A stretch of DNA of 64,000 bases, taken from positions 32,001-96,000 of the forward strand of contig CBDHHL010000046.1 in the NCBI GenBank assembly GCA_965263355.1. Direction: 5' to 3'. Both the position numbers and the translations under genes were made by a program. Below the pieces are notes generated by a model. That model had not been told where the DNA came from, searched no databases, and was given only the letters and a program-made list of their open reading frames with translations. Shown here piece after piece: positions 9,201 to 17,322 of this stretch; within the stretch, counting starts at the first letter, position 1, and every line of letters starts with the position of its first letter. The stretch comes from Leptolyngbyaceae cyanobacterium. GTDB taxonomy: Bacteria > Cyanobacteriota > Cyanobacteriia > Phormidesmidales > Phormidesmidaceae.

Positions 9201-12200
9201 GCCTCTGGACCTGTGGCACCATCTATCTTTTGAGACCCGGCAATAACATTTTCATAAGCCTTTTGAGTTAGCCCTAACAAGGAACGTATAGGCTTCTCAA
9301 ATGTCGGGTTAGGGAGACGTTCTGTTAATTTCATGTGTCCCCAACGCTCACCTAACCCATGAGTTATAGAAGTCGTTCCCGTAATTTTCGGATCGAACAA
9401 GCCTCCAGGCTCAGGCAAGATCTCATTCGCGCTTGAATGCTTCAAAGGTATATCTGGCTTGGTGATTTCGCCATTAGACATTGATAGGACTTGCTCATCT
9501 GTAAGTGGCCCTAAGTGTAATTTGTTGCCCTCTTTATTTACGTCAACTCCCATAGTTTTGAGGTACCCAACAAATTTACGATAAGCGAAAGGAGTTTCTG
9601 GGGCTGGAGGAACTTCTCCATTTTGTAAGGCTGCCCAGTAATCATCATTTCTTTCCCCCTTTATAGCCTGAAATTCGCGTATGTTCTCTCGAGCACCGTG
9701 AGCCAACATGGCGTAAAGTCCCCCAGAATCCATTGTGACGCCAGAAGCTTTTCCACCTTGTTTGGGTTGCATGTTTGAATCGTAACGACCTACATTTCTA
9801 GCAGACACACCCTTTTCAGCCATGTGCTCGAGCTTTAGAATGTATTGTGGACCAGTCAAAGTTTCATAAACTTCTCCCGATCTTGGGTCAGTTATCTTTT
9901 CCTTATCTGAAATACCTACCTTCTTTAAGTCCTTCAAAACCTTTTCTGTATAATCTTTTATGTCTGCATTAAAGTTATCAACAACGTATGGCTTTCCAGT
10001 TTTTTGGGCTATCTTTCCCGCTGCTGTTTCCAAACACTGACCTAAATTAATTCTCGTACTAATTCCCGCAGGGTTTAGAAGTACATCAACAGGTCGACCA
10101 TTCTGTTTATGAGGCATCTCATTATCTGCAACAATATGAGTTACAATACCCTTATTTCCATGCCGACCCACTAACTTGTCACCAATAACAACAGGAGACT
10201 GCGACTTTACATGTACCGTGATGTCTTTACCGCTTTTAAAGACTTCCACAACTTCGCCTTCATAATCTGCTTCCCAAATAACTGGCTGAGCCTTTACAGG
10301 ACGAAATGCTGATTTACTAATCTTCTGAAGCTCTTGTAACTCTCTTGATGCTTCTGTCTTTTTGAGCACTGCAATCAACAAATCCCCGGGCTTTACACGT
10401 GTACCCTTTTTCACAACCCCAAGTTCATCTAAATTATTTGATTGTCGGTTTGTCCACTGGCCTGCAGTTTCTGCCATGAATCTGTTTTTATCTAAAATCG
10501 TAGACTCACCAGCTTGTACAGAGTGTCGTGTCATATGCTCTGAAGTGAGTTTTTTAGCAGCAGTTTCGGAGATGACAATTCCGTCCTCAAAGTTGTATCC
10601 CTGATAAGGCATGTAGCTGACTTCTAGATTTTTTCCTAAGGCCAATTTTCCATTACGTGTAAAATTTGTATCTGCTACTAGCTGGCCCTTCTTTACAGTA
10701 TCGCCCACCTTAACTAAGGGCTGACTATTTATGGCAGACTTATTATCATTCAAAGGGAAATCTTTGTAGAGTTCTACTTCATGTTTTTTTCTATTGGTAC
10801 CTTGAATAATAATACGGTCTTCTTTTACATCTATAACTTGACCATCCACAGGAGCAGTATGGGAGTTAAGCTTTCCTAATACCTCTTCGAAAGTAAAATT
10901 ACCGTCCGTCTTGTTTTGGACAAGAGGCTCTTCTCGGTCAACCAAAGCCACCGACTGCTCTAACTGTTTAGCCGCCACTGAAGTTCGGTTACCTTGATTG
11001 TTTTGCAAAAACGGGATGGAGTTAGCAGAAAAATCAAACATACCCTTTGGACTACTAATTACATATTGAACCTTATTGGCTGATACAGCACGTACCTCAT
11101 TAGAGGCATCCATAACCTTAACTTCCGTATTCCTAGGAACGTAATCCTTGCCTACCTTCTTGTACTGATCTGGGAATGCAATAATGGCCTTATTTGCTTG
11201 TTCTGAATTTAGCCACTCATATTGTTTGGTCTTTAGGTTGAAAACACGGGTCTTCAACTCTTTACCATGCTTAGCAGCGCCTAGTGCTATTTGAAGGATA
11301 CCACCAATTCTTGAAGATTCTGGTGTTTGAACAGGATCTAAAAAGCCCATCTGAGTTGGATTTATAGACTGAGCTTCAGGAGTAAATTGATTCTCATTCA
11401 AAATACCTCCTTCACCGAAGATAGTTGTTCTACGATGACCGCTAATAAACCCCATCGGATTTAGCTGCTTGGGGCGGTCAGACACAGAACTAGAAGAGAA
11501 AAAACTATCTATAGCCTTACCAAATGTATCTATCGTAACAACCTTAGAAACCGAGTCGGCATTATCTATTTTTCGCTTTAGCTTTCTTTGAATTTCTGAA
11601 CGTCCTCGAGTACTGATTCGCTCTTCTAAGTGATCTTCTGCCCCAAACACATCTTTGAATTGTAATTGGTCTCTCTCATCAGCTTCTTCCACACCACGTA
11701 TAACATTTAAAAGCTTCTTACTGCCAAGGACTAGAGCAGAACCATCTACTTGTTTTAATTCCTTGCCTAGAGTCAACTTAGTTGAATCTGGTCTCAACTC
11801 CGTTTTGTCAAAAGCCGCACGTATATTTGTTTGTGCTTCTTTCAAAGAGTCGGAAGATTGGCCTGTAAGTCGTTGACTAAGATGCAAAAGATTTGACGTC
11901 TCTACCCGCCCGGTAACTCGGTTGGCATTAAGGATTTCCTTTCCCCAAGTTCTCTCTAAATCTTCATCATCCACGCCCAACGTTTTTAAGATCGAGTAAG
12001 CAGGATAGCTTTTAGTGCCATACTGAATTCGGAATTTCTTTGTGTCGGAATCAAAGTCCATGCTGAACCCTAACCCCTTTGACAGGTTCCACTCCTGAGA
12101 AATACCACCCGCTTGAGTTTCTTTTGTGTAAACACCAGATTTTAAGCGGAGTTGATTGTGAATTTGCCGCTCTTCACCTCTTACAATGTATGAAAATCTT

Positions 12201-12493
12201 CGAGTTGGTTTAGGCAAAGTCCCCAAAGAAACGCGTCCTGAATCAATAACTTTGCCTGTTGCTTTATCTACCAGCTCAACCTCTCCGTAGATTGGAGCTC
12301 CCCACGTTTTGCCTTTCAGCTTTACATCCTTCTGTTTTGCTACGGAATCCACATGAGTGTTGTCATCCTTCACAGATACACTCTTTAGCCTCAGGATCCG
12401 TTTTTTACCTTCAACAGGGAAATGCGTGGAGATAGATTTTATTGTCGCTTTGCGCAACGCCTCAAAAGTCTCTTGTGGATCTAAACCGGCCAT
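6293..12493 (-). CDS. rpoBC: DNA-directed RNA polymerase, fused beta-beta' subunits (2066 aa)
   Basis: beta motifs PVQTPE, IPFLQN, GYNFEDGI, GDKLVGRHGNKG, YILKLEH; beta' motifs GGLFDPKITG, RWGH, PVLPP, PVLLKRDPVLH, NADFDGD (8357-8377), YGARKG, DCGT, C-x6-C-x2-CYG, IGEPLTQMAMNAFHTGG. Confidence 0.97.
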   Translation of the reverse strand: MAGLDPQETFEALRKATIKSISTHFPVEGKKRILRLKSVSVKDDNTHVDSVAKQKDVKLKGKTWGAPIYGEVELVDKATGKVIDSGRVSLGTLPKPTRRFSYIVRGEERQIHNQLRLKSGVYTKETQAGGISQEWNLSKGLGFSMDFDSDTKKFRIQYGTKSYPAYSILKTLGVDDEDLERTWGKEILNANRVTGRVETSNLLHLSQRLTGQSSDSLKEAQTNIRAAFDKTELRPDSTKLTLGKELKQVDGSALVLGSKKLLNVIRGVEEADERDQLQFKDVFGAEDHLEERISTRGRSEIQRKLKRKIDNADSVSKVVTIDTFGKAIDSFFSSSSVSDRPKQLNPMGFISGHRRTTIFGEGGILNENQFTPEAQSINPTQMGFLDPVQTPESSRIGGILQIALGAAKHGKELKTRVFNLKTKQYEWLNSEQANKAIIAFPDQYKKVGKDYVPRNTEVKVMDASNEVRAVSANKVQYVISSPKGMFDFSANSIPFLQNNQGNRTSVAAKQLEQSVALVDREEPLVQNKTDGNFTFEEVLGKLNSHTAPVDGQVIDVKEDRIIIQGTNRKKHEVELYKDFPLNDNKSAINSQPLVKVGDTVKKGQLVADTNFTRNGKLALGKNLEVSYMPYQGYNFEDGIVISETAAKKLTSEHMTRHSVQAGESTILDKNRFMAETAGQWTNRQSNNLDELGVVKKGTRVKPGDLLIAVLKKTEASRELQELQKISKSAFRPVKAQPVIWEADYEGEVVEVFKSGKDITVHVKSQSPVVIGDKLVGRHGNKGIVTHIVADNEMPHKQNGRPVDVLLNPAGISTRINLGQCLETAAGKIAQKTGKPYVVDNFNADIKDYTEKVLKDLKKVGISDKEKITDPRSGEVYETLTGPQYILKLEHMAEKGVSARNVGRYDSNMQPKQGGKASGVTMDSGGLYAMLAHGARENIREFQAIKGERNDDYWAALQNGEVPPAPETPFAYRKFVGYLKTMGVDVNKEGNKLHLGPLTDEQVLSMSNGEITKPDIPLKHSSANEILPEPGGLFDPKITGTTSITHGLGERWGHMKLTERLPNPTFEKPIRSLLGLTQKAYENVIAGSQKIDGATGPEAIVSALDKIDVSSELQKLEASVQGLKGPRLNDASRKIKYLRVLNERKLNARQAYTLQHIPVLPPKMRPVTVLDSGDIRTDDVTEMYRQLGTINTQLKDLQDLGVPKEAEEMTSLGASLYDGLKGLSLTGMEYKQRHRKGILELIGGKSGMTQPKNAFFQSKVIGKRQDMSMRGVIVPEPSLGMDEVALPESAAMAAYKPFVMRRMRQSGYAPGQAVQAIKDKEPIVYNMLEAEMKSRPVLLKRDPVLHKYGVQAFKPVLTKGSAIKIHPLATGGFNADFDGDKMAAFVPISNKAVDEAWKMLPSKNLFSSSHGGLMFRPTHESLLGLHQLTRTDGKKTGLVFQTGAAAAKAVKQGKIGITDVVTIRDATKEVPNFLQDRIKKASENKAKHTTVGRMLIEQSLPKEYKHLFKGQQLDKRNLTKLLSEIGQKADAETFRDVADTLKDMGNVHATGYGFGLEDFKAMKGPRDNILRQVKEREREIHKSVRNKAKRNEALAELYNKARIVLDKATKPKFDKSNNKMYQWVKAQARGNWDQFKQMTITPLAVVDSKERIVPISIEKSYSEGLDTASYWASMYGARKGTIGRVKGTQLPGAQVKEMMQTSMDHLVSEIDCGTKEGNMFSPTDNQAIDRVLAVDVSLKGKGVLKAGEVVTPQMLTRMQNNGVKAFTARTPLKCQAHDGVCSRCYGLNEMGQFPEKGDNLGVKAVHAIGEPLTQMAMNAFHTGGVAGAKGSDVASQFDRVVQLVKFPQNLPGSAVLSKQSGNIDKIEKDEVVGGWNIYVSGTKHYLSARQSPVVSKGQKVKKGDALSGGPKNPLEMLPLTGISAVRNYVTDELTNLGGYSRTPILRKNAEVFVRTLTNLAEIEDPKDHPTFLKGDKVAASEVNRYNSSVTKGEQLLARPILKGTNVLPRELRSDWLARMQATHLKDTILDGAAEGWVSDLHGTHPIPAAAFGLEFGQSKNPDEAWKY

Positions 12494-12671
12494 TAATTCC
12501 TCTCACAATAACACAGTCAACTGACTGCAAGATTATCATAATTGTTGGGATAAGAAGACTAGTGCGTAGTTATTACGAAGAACAAAACCAGTCCTCTACA
12601 GAGGATTTCAACAAGCAGCACCTCGCCATGCTAGGCGAATCTCAAGATGAAGAAGAAAAGGAAGAAGAACA

Positions 12672-12773
12672 ATGTGGGCAATGAAAAATTTAGCAGCAAA
12701 AGTACTGGCTATAATTGTGATGGAAGTAGCCTCCATTATAATCTCCGTCATTGAAAAATGGCACGACAAATAA
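12672..12773 (+). CDS. Small hydrophobic peptide (MWAMKNLAAKVLAIIVMEVASIIISVIEKWHDK)
   Basis: 33 aa, one TM-like segment; overlaps the end of a short acidic ORF ending at 12684. Confidence 0.4.
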   Translation: MWAMKNLAAKVLAIIVMEVASIIISVIEKWHDK

Positions 12774-12778
12774 CGGGT

Positions 12779-12829
12779 AAAAGAAAAAAAGAAGGAGAAA
12801 AGGAAGGGAGGATGTGTTCCTCCCTTCCT
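12779..12829 (-). terminator. Intrinsic terminator after the portal gene
   Basis: Perfect 12-bp stem AGGAAGGGAGGA/TCCTCCCTTCCT with a 5-nt loop (12801-12829), followed on the minus strand by a T-rich tract, just past the portal stop. Confidence 0.75.
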
Positions 12830-12832
12830 CCC

Positions 12833-14698
12833 TTAGGTAGTAGACTCAGGCCCTCTTCTCGGTGCCTTTTGTTGTGGGTCTGGACTTTGGGCAGAGCTTT
12901 GATGCGCCCCTTGTCGCTCTGCTAAAGCTGGTGCAACAAGCTCCCAAAACATAGGATTCTCTTGTTGGATTTGAGCGATATATTGTGCTCGAGTAGCCTC
13001 ATCGAGCTGGTCTAACTGAGCTGCAACACTTTGAACTAATTTTTCTATCGGCACACCTCCAGGAGTTACTGGAGACTCTGCGCCAGGAACACCAGATTGA
13101 GGCATTTCTGGGCTCTCTTGCCCCTCCTGCGGCTGTTGTTCCATTGGCGTGCCTGGCGCCAGTTCCGACATAACTTTCTGAGCTCGAGCCTGATATTTTA
13201 TGCCTGTTAACTGCGCTTCACCTTGAATCTGTGATTGAGCCACAGCCTGACTTAGTTGACTCTCTGCCAGCAACTCCTGTTCAACCGCAATCTGTTTTCT
13301 TTCTGCGTCAGCATCCCATTCTGTATCTTCCAGCAAAGTCTTATCTGAAATCTTCCCTGCTTGGTTAAGCTGTAAGTTGAATGCACTTCTTTGAAGGTCA
13401 TCCGCCATTTTAAACCTGCGAAAATATGCAGGCGCTGGCACCCAACTCATGAAAGCACCAACTCGTTCCATGATCCAATTGACCAGATTGATATGGTCCG
13501 ACTTATAATCCAAGAAATGATTTTCCAACATTCTCAAGGAAACACTCGAACCAGAGTAACTTAAGCCTCCGAATATAAACTCATTGGGAACACCCATACC
13601 AGCCACAATATGTTCAGCCCAAACTCGGTATTCTTGGCTCAGCATCAAAGCACGACCTTGTGCCCCTAATGTTTGTTGACCTATTGGAATAGGTAAAATA
13701 GGAATATAGTTGTTATCCAGCCGCCAACGTTGAATCTCTATCTCTATCTGCTTCTTCCAAGCACTCAAGTTAGTTGTCGGGTAAGGATCGCTAGAACCAG
13801 AAGCAACCTGCGGAAAAAGGACTCGAAGAGGTACAATATGCTCTACAGCTATAGCCTCCTGAGCTTTTCTCAATATCTGCAAATAGAACACGTCTTTCAA
13901 CACAGGAAGAATCATCGAAAGCCCCCAACCCTTATCCTTCTGAGCGATTGTAGGCCTTTTCATATGAAAAATATTATTCGGGTTAAAAATAACATCCTTA
14001 TTCTGTTTCATTGCCTCAATGAAACTCGTAGGAGTTTTTTCAATAATATCCTTCTTCCCCATTTGAATATCATTTTTCAAGGTAGTAGGTATGCTATAAT
14101 AATAAGTGTTCTTACCTACCAATTCATTATGTCGAATTGTTATTCGTTCTGGGCTCCAACGAATCAGATGTATATCTCTCCAACTTTTTACATACGTATC
14201 CTGGGCTTTAAACTCTCCATAATGACCGCACTTCTTACAGGAACCTTGATAACCAAAATTACGGAATATGTAGCTTGTCTTTTCTATAGGCATGGAATGC
14301 CCACAATTTGAGCACACTAAAAACTTTTTGAATGGGTAATTCACAGAGATAAAGCAATTACCGTAACAATTATAATCTAATCCTGCCTCCACTTGAAATT
14401 TTTTAAACTTCAATTGCAACTTAAAAAAGTCATCCCACTTACTTCTAAGATTTTCGTCACTGGAGTCAATAATTAAGTCAGTGACTGGGTACTCAGACAT
14501 CTTGTAAACAACAGAGTTTATCAAGGGATTTGATATAAAATAGTACTCACACCACTTCAATAACGTCTTAAACGACGTAGGTAAGTACATATGACTTATA
14601 TCAAAAAATGGAGAAGGATACCGAATTGTCCCCACATGATCGGAAAGCAAAGATCGACTTGCAGGGCCAAAACTTCCAGGAACCGGAGTCACACTCAT
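12833..14698 (-). CDS. Portal protein with a Zn-ribbon insertion
   Basis: Portal-like layout (NPLINSVVYKMSEYP, DYNCYGNCFI, NIFHMKR...GWGLSMILPVLK, IVAGMGVP.EFIFGG, MLEN), Q/P-rich C-terminal tail, CSNC...CKKC insert. Confidence 0.75.
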   Translation of the reverse strand: MSVTPVPGSFGPASRSLLSDHVGTIRYPSPFFDISHMYLPTSFKTLLKWCEYYFISNPLINSVVYKMSEYPVTDLIIDSSDENLRSKWDDFFKLQLKFKKFQVEAGLDYNCYGNCFISVNYPFKKFLVCSNCGHSMPIEKTSYIFRNFGYQGSCKKCGHYGEFKAQDTYVKSWRDIHLIRWSPERITIRHNELVGKNTYYYSIPTTLKNDIQMGKKDIIEKTPTSFIEAMKQNKDVIFNPNNIFHMKRPTIAQKDKGWGLSMILPVLKDVFYLQILRKAQEAIAVEHIVPLRVLFPQVASGSSDPYPTTNLSAWKKQIEIEIQRWRLDNNYIPILPIPIGQQTLGAQGRALMLSQEYRVWAEHIVAGMGVPNEFIFGGLSYSGSSVSLRMLENHFLDYKSDHINLVNWIMERVGAFMSWVPAPAYFRRFKMADDLQRSAFNLQLNQAGKISDKTLLEDTEWDADAERKQIAVEQELLAESQLSQAVAQSQIQGEAQLTGIKYQARAQKVMSELAPGTPMEQQPQEGQESPEMPQSGVPGAESPVTPGGVPIEKLVQSVAAQLDQLDEATRAQYIAQIQQENPMFWELVAPALAERQGAHQSSAQSPDPQQKAPRRGPESTT

Positions 14699-14702
14699 TC
14701 TG

Positions 14703-15335
14703 TTATTTCCCCCTCACCCGTCTAGACTTCCGCCCTGGTTTGCGGCCAGCCAAACGATCTATTCGCTTACCTACGTATTTACCTACTTCGGCCGCACCGA
14801 TAGTAGCTGGAGCGGAAGCAAGTAACCCAGTCCCTCCAGTCAAAACGCCGCCTGCCGCAAAACCTAAGTTTTCTCCTATGGCTTCACCAAGTCCTTGGTC
14901 AGATTGCCCTCTAGCTGCTGCTGCGATAGAAGGTACAGCCATAGCTGTACCCACAACCATTTGACTCTTTGCGCCTACTGGAGCATATTTCAATGCTTTG
15001 CTAGTACCTGTCCAACCAGACCGAGAAGCTTGTTCTGCAAAACCTCGATATCCCGTTGCGCCAGTATCACCCAATAAATGCTCACCCTGTCCGAAAATAT
15101 CCCTAAAAACACGAGAAACAGGCCCACTGCCCTTATTTGCTATGGCTTTCTCATCTATGGTTGGAGCAAAAGCATCCCAACCTTCTTTTAAGCCCTTACG
15201 ACCTGACTTCGTTCGGCGGCCTATCGTTAAAAGGTCCTTTACCACTCCCCATTCTCGAGGGTTCCATGTCATGGGATTTAACTTCTTCTTAGCCATAGCA
15301 ATCTTTTGAAGCTCTAAAGTGAATGCCTCATTCAT
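14703..15335 (-). CDS. Gly-rich probable virion protein
   Basis: N-terminal AFTLELQKIA; glycine-zipper-like hydrophobic segments; basic tail. Confidence 0.6.
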   Translation of the reverse strand: MNEAFTLELQKIAMAKKKLNPMTWNPREWGVVKDLLTIGRRTKSGRKGLKEGWDAFAPTIDEKAIANKGSGPVSRVFRDIFGQGEHLLGDTGATGYRGFAEQASRSGWTGTSKALKYAPVGAKSQMVVGTAMAVPSIAAAARGQSDQGLGEAIGENLGFAAGGVLTGGTGLLASAPATIGAAEVGKYVGKRIDRLAGRKPGRKSRRVRGK

Positions 15336-16135
15336 GACAACGCCTCCAATTGTTCAGCCATTTGCGTTGTTCTCATACCTGCATACCGATAAGCCACAAC
15401 TAACTTGGCTGCTTGAACAGCAACAAAGTCTGTATCTGAAAAGGACAACTCTGCTTGGTCCTTCATCAAATAAAATCTATTTTTCACAGGATCGCTATTT
15501 ACCCTCTTCACAACCAAGCGAACCCAATCCTCTTGCAACAACGGACAATTGGTCGGAGTCCCCTCCTCATTGAAAGGAAACTCAGTGTCGTAAGAAACAA
15601 TACACTTCATACTTTCGCTATCTAAATCTACGACATGATCACAAGTAGGACATCGAAAATATGGTCGCTCAATATATGGCAAGGCATCTTGCAAGGGTTC
15701 CGGAAGCCAAGTAATACCTTGATCTAATGCACAAGCAGCAACATACTTATGAATGTCCTCGCTCCAAGTCTCTCCTCCTCGGATCTCATTTATAATATTG
15801 ACGCCATTCCACAATTGAGCCACAGAGCACTTTTGGACTGAGGCCGGTGTAGGCATAACATTATTCAATGCCAATATTATTTTCTCAAAAATTTCCCACT
15901 CATACCAAACAGACGTTGCTTGCAATATTGCCCGAAAAGCTTGTATCTTTTGCCAATTGAGCGCAGCTATAGAGTTAGCGCGAAAGACATCTTTGATACT
16001 GGATCTCAAGACATCCGACTCCCAATCCAGCATTTCTGGACCTAATTCTCGTATCAGTAAAGTCCCGAGAACAGTTGGGTGTGCATCATGCCAACCAAAA
16101 AATAGATTTAACTTGGGTATTTTAGATGCCGTCAT
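15332..16135 (-). CDS. Hypothetical protein with CxxC
   Basis: Overlaps both neighbours; likely start MTASK at 16135 (ORF track gives 16195). Confidence 0.65.
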   Translation of the reverse strand: MTASKIPKLNLFFGWHDAHPTVLGTLLIRELGPEMLDWESDVLRSSIKDVFRANSIAALNWQKIQAFRAILQATSVWYEWEIFEKIILALNNVMPTPASVQKCSVAQLWNGVNIINEIRGGETWSEDIHKYVAACALDQGITWLPEPLQDALPYIERPYFRCPTCDHVVDLDSESMKCIVSYDTEFPFNEEGTPTNCPLLQEDWVRLVVKRVNSDPVKNRFYLMKDQAELSFSDTDFVAVQAAKLVVAYRYAGMRTTQMAEQLEALS

Positions 16136-17243
16136 GCCAAAGACTCTGCCCTTCTGTTTTCCCAGAAAACCGCATATCCTCTCCCAGGCGAGCAACTATT
16201 CGTTTGAGCCTAGTAGGTAATTTTCGAAAAGTGCCAACAGGGTCTTTGTTGAAGTCACTCATAATATTATCGGAAAATAACTCATCGAAATCTCCAGCAT
16301 ATTCAGTTGACAACAGCAGCAAGGCTTCTTCTGTTAGCCTATCTGGACCACTCTCCCAAATAACATTAGCTCGTTTAGCAATCCCATAAGTACTTTGAAA
16401 CGGGTCAGGAATACCTTCTCCCCAAGAATAAGAAAGTCCATTATCTTCATCAAACTTAGCCAATAGATATGCATATTTTTCCGGAGAGAGTTCACCACGC
16501 ATTCCGGCTAATTTGGCTAGTACGGGCTGTGCTCGATGCTCATGCGGCAGAGCACTCATCCGGTCTACTAAAGCGTTATCCAATTGCACATCTGGACCGT
16601 AATCATTTGAAGCAGCTTCTTTCACCTGTTCCGCAGTTTCTACGCCCAACTCTGTCGCACGCTGTTGAATGTTAACCGCAAAACTTCTACGCACCCCTAC
16701 AGGCATATGAGCCTGTTTCTCCACCCAATACTCATTCGCTTGCTGAACTTGTGCAATCGTTGTTAGCGGAAAATAATTCTTGCCATTATATTGAACCCCC
16801 CAGTGCTCCTCAGCCTCTTTCACAAACACAGGCGCTGGTTTCTGTCCTGACACATCTACCACGTTTGAAGAAAGGGAACCAAATCCTGCCACTTTAGTTA
16901 ACGTGGCAGAAGGTAAAGACCCATACGACATTACAGCATTTGTTATGAAGTGCGCTGCCACCTTTTGTGCCGATTCAGGTAACTTATCCCCATGCCTTTG
17001 AAAATATAACTCTGAAATTTTTGTTACACCATTATTATAAATTGGATATCTAGGATGAGCTACACCTTCATCCATAACAACCAAAGCAAAATCCGACGTA
17101 GCAAGTTCATCTCTCCCAATGAACTCTGCATGCTTTATAACGTCCGGAACCCTACTTAAAGACGGGTAGACCTCTTTTAGCGTCTCTCCACCATCATCAT
17201 AAATGTCTAAAACAACCCCTGAAAATTTCATCTCTTCTTGCAT
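16122..17243 (-). CDS. Probable head or scaffold-type protein, K-x-A rich
   Basis: 373 aa; 10 of about 20 lysines are in K-x-A; first gene of the portal operon. Confidence 0.6.
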   Translation of the reverse strand: MQEEMKFSGVVLDIYDDGGETLKEVYPSLSRVPDVIKHAEFIGRDELATSDFALVVMDEGVAHPRYPIYNNGVTKISELYFQRHGDKLPESAQKVAAHFITNAVMSYGSLPSATLTKVAGFGSLSSNVVDVSGQKPAPVFVKEAEEHWGVQYNGKNYFPLTTIAQVQQANEYWVEKQAHMPVGVRRSFAVNIQQRATELGVETAEQVKEAASNDYGPDVQLDNALVDRMSALPHEHRAQPVLAKLAGMRGELSPEKYAYLLAKFDEDNGLSYSWGEGIPDPFQSTYGIAKRANVIWESGPDRLTEEALLLLSTEYAGDFDELFSDNIMSDFNKDPVGTFRKLPTRLKRIVARLGEDMRFSGKTEGQSLWHDGI

Positions 17244-17322
17244 TCTAGTTCAAATGACGACTGCACCAAATAACCTTGAAAATTGCTCGTGAACTCACGT
17301 CACTCCAGTTTATACAGCCTAC

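Noticed and set aside
6293..12493. Cellular rpoBC locus
   Set aside because: No ribosomal protein genes or nusG nearby; flanked by portal and baseplate genes; strongly diverged from cellular sequences
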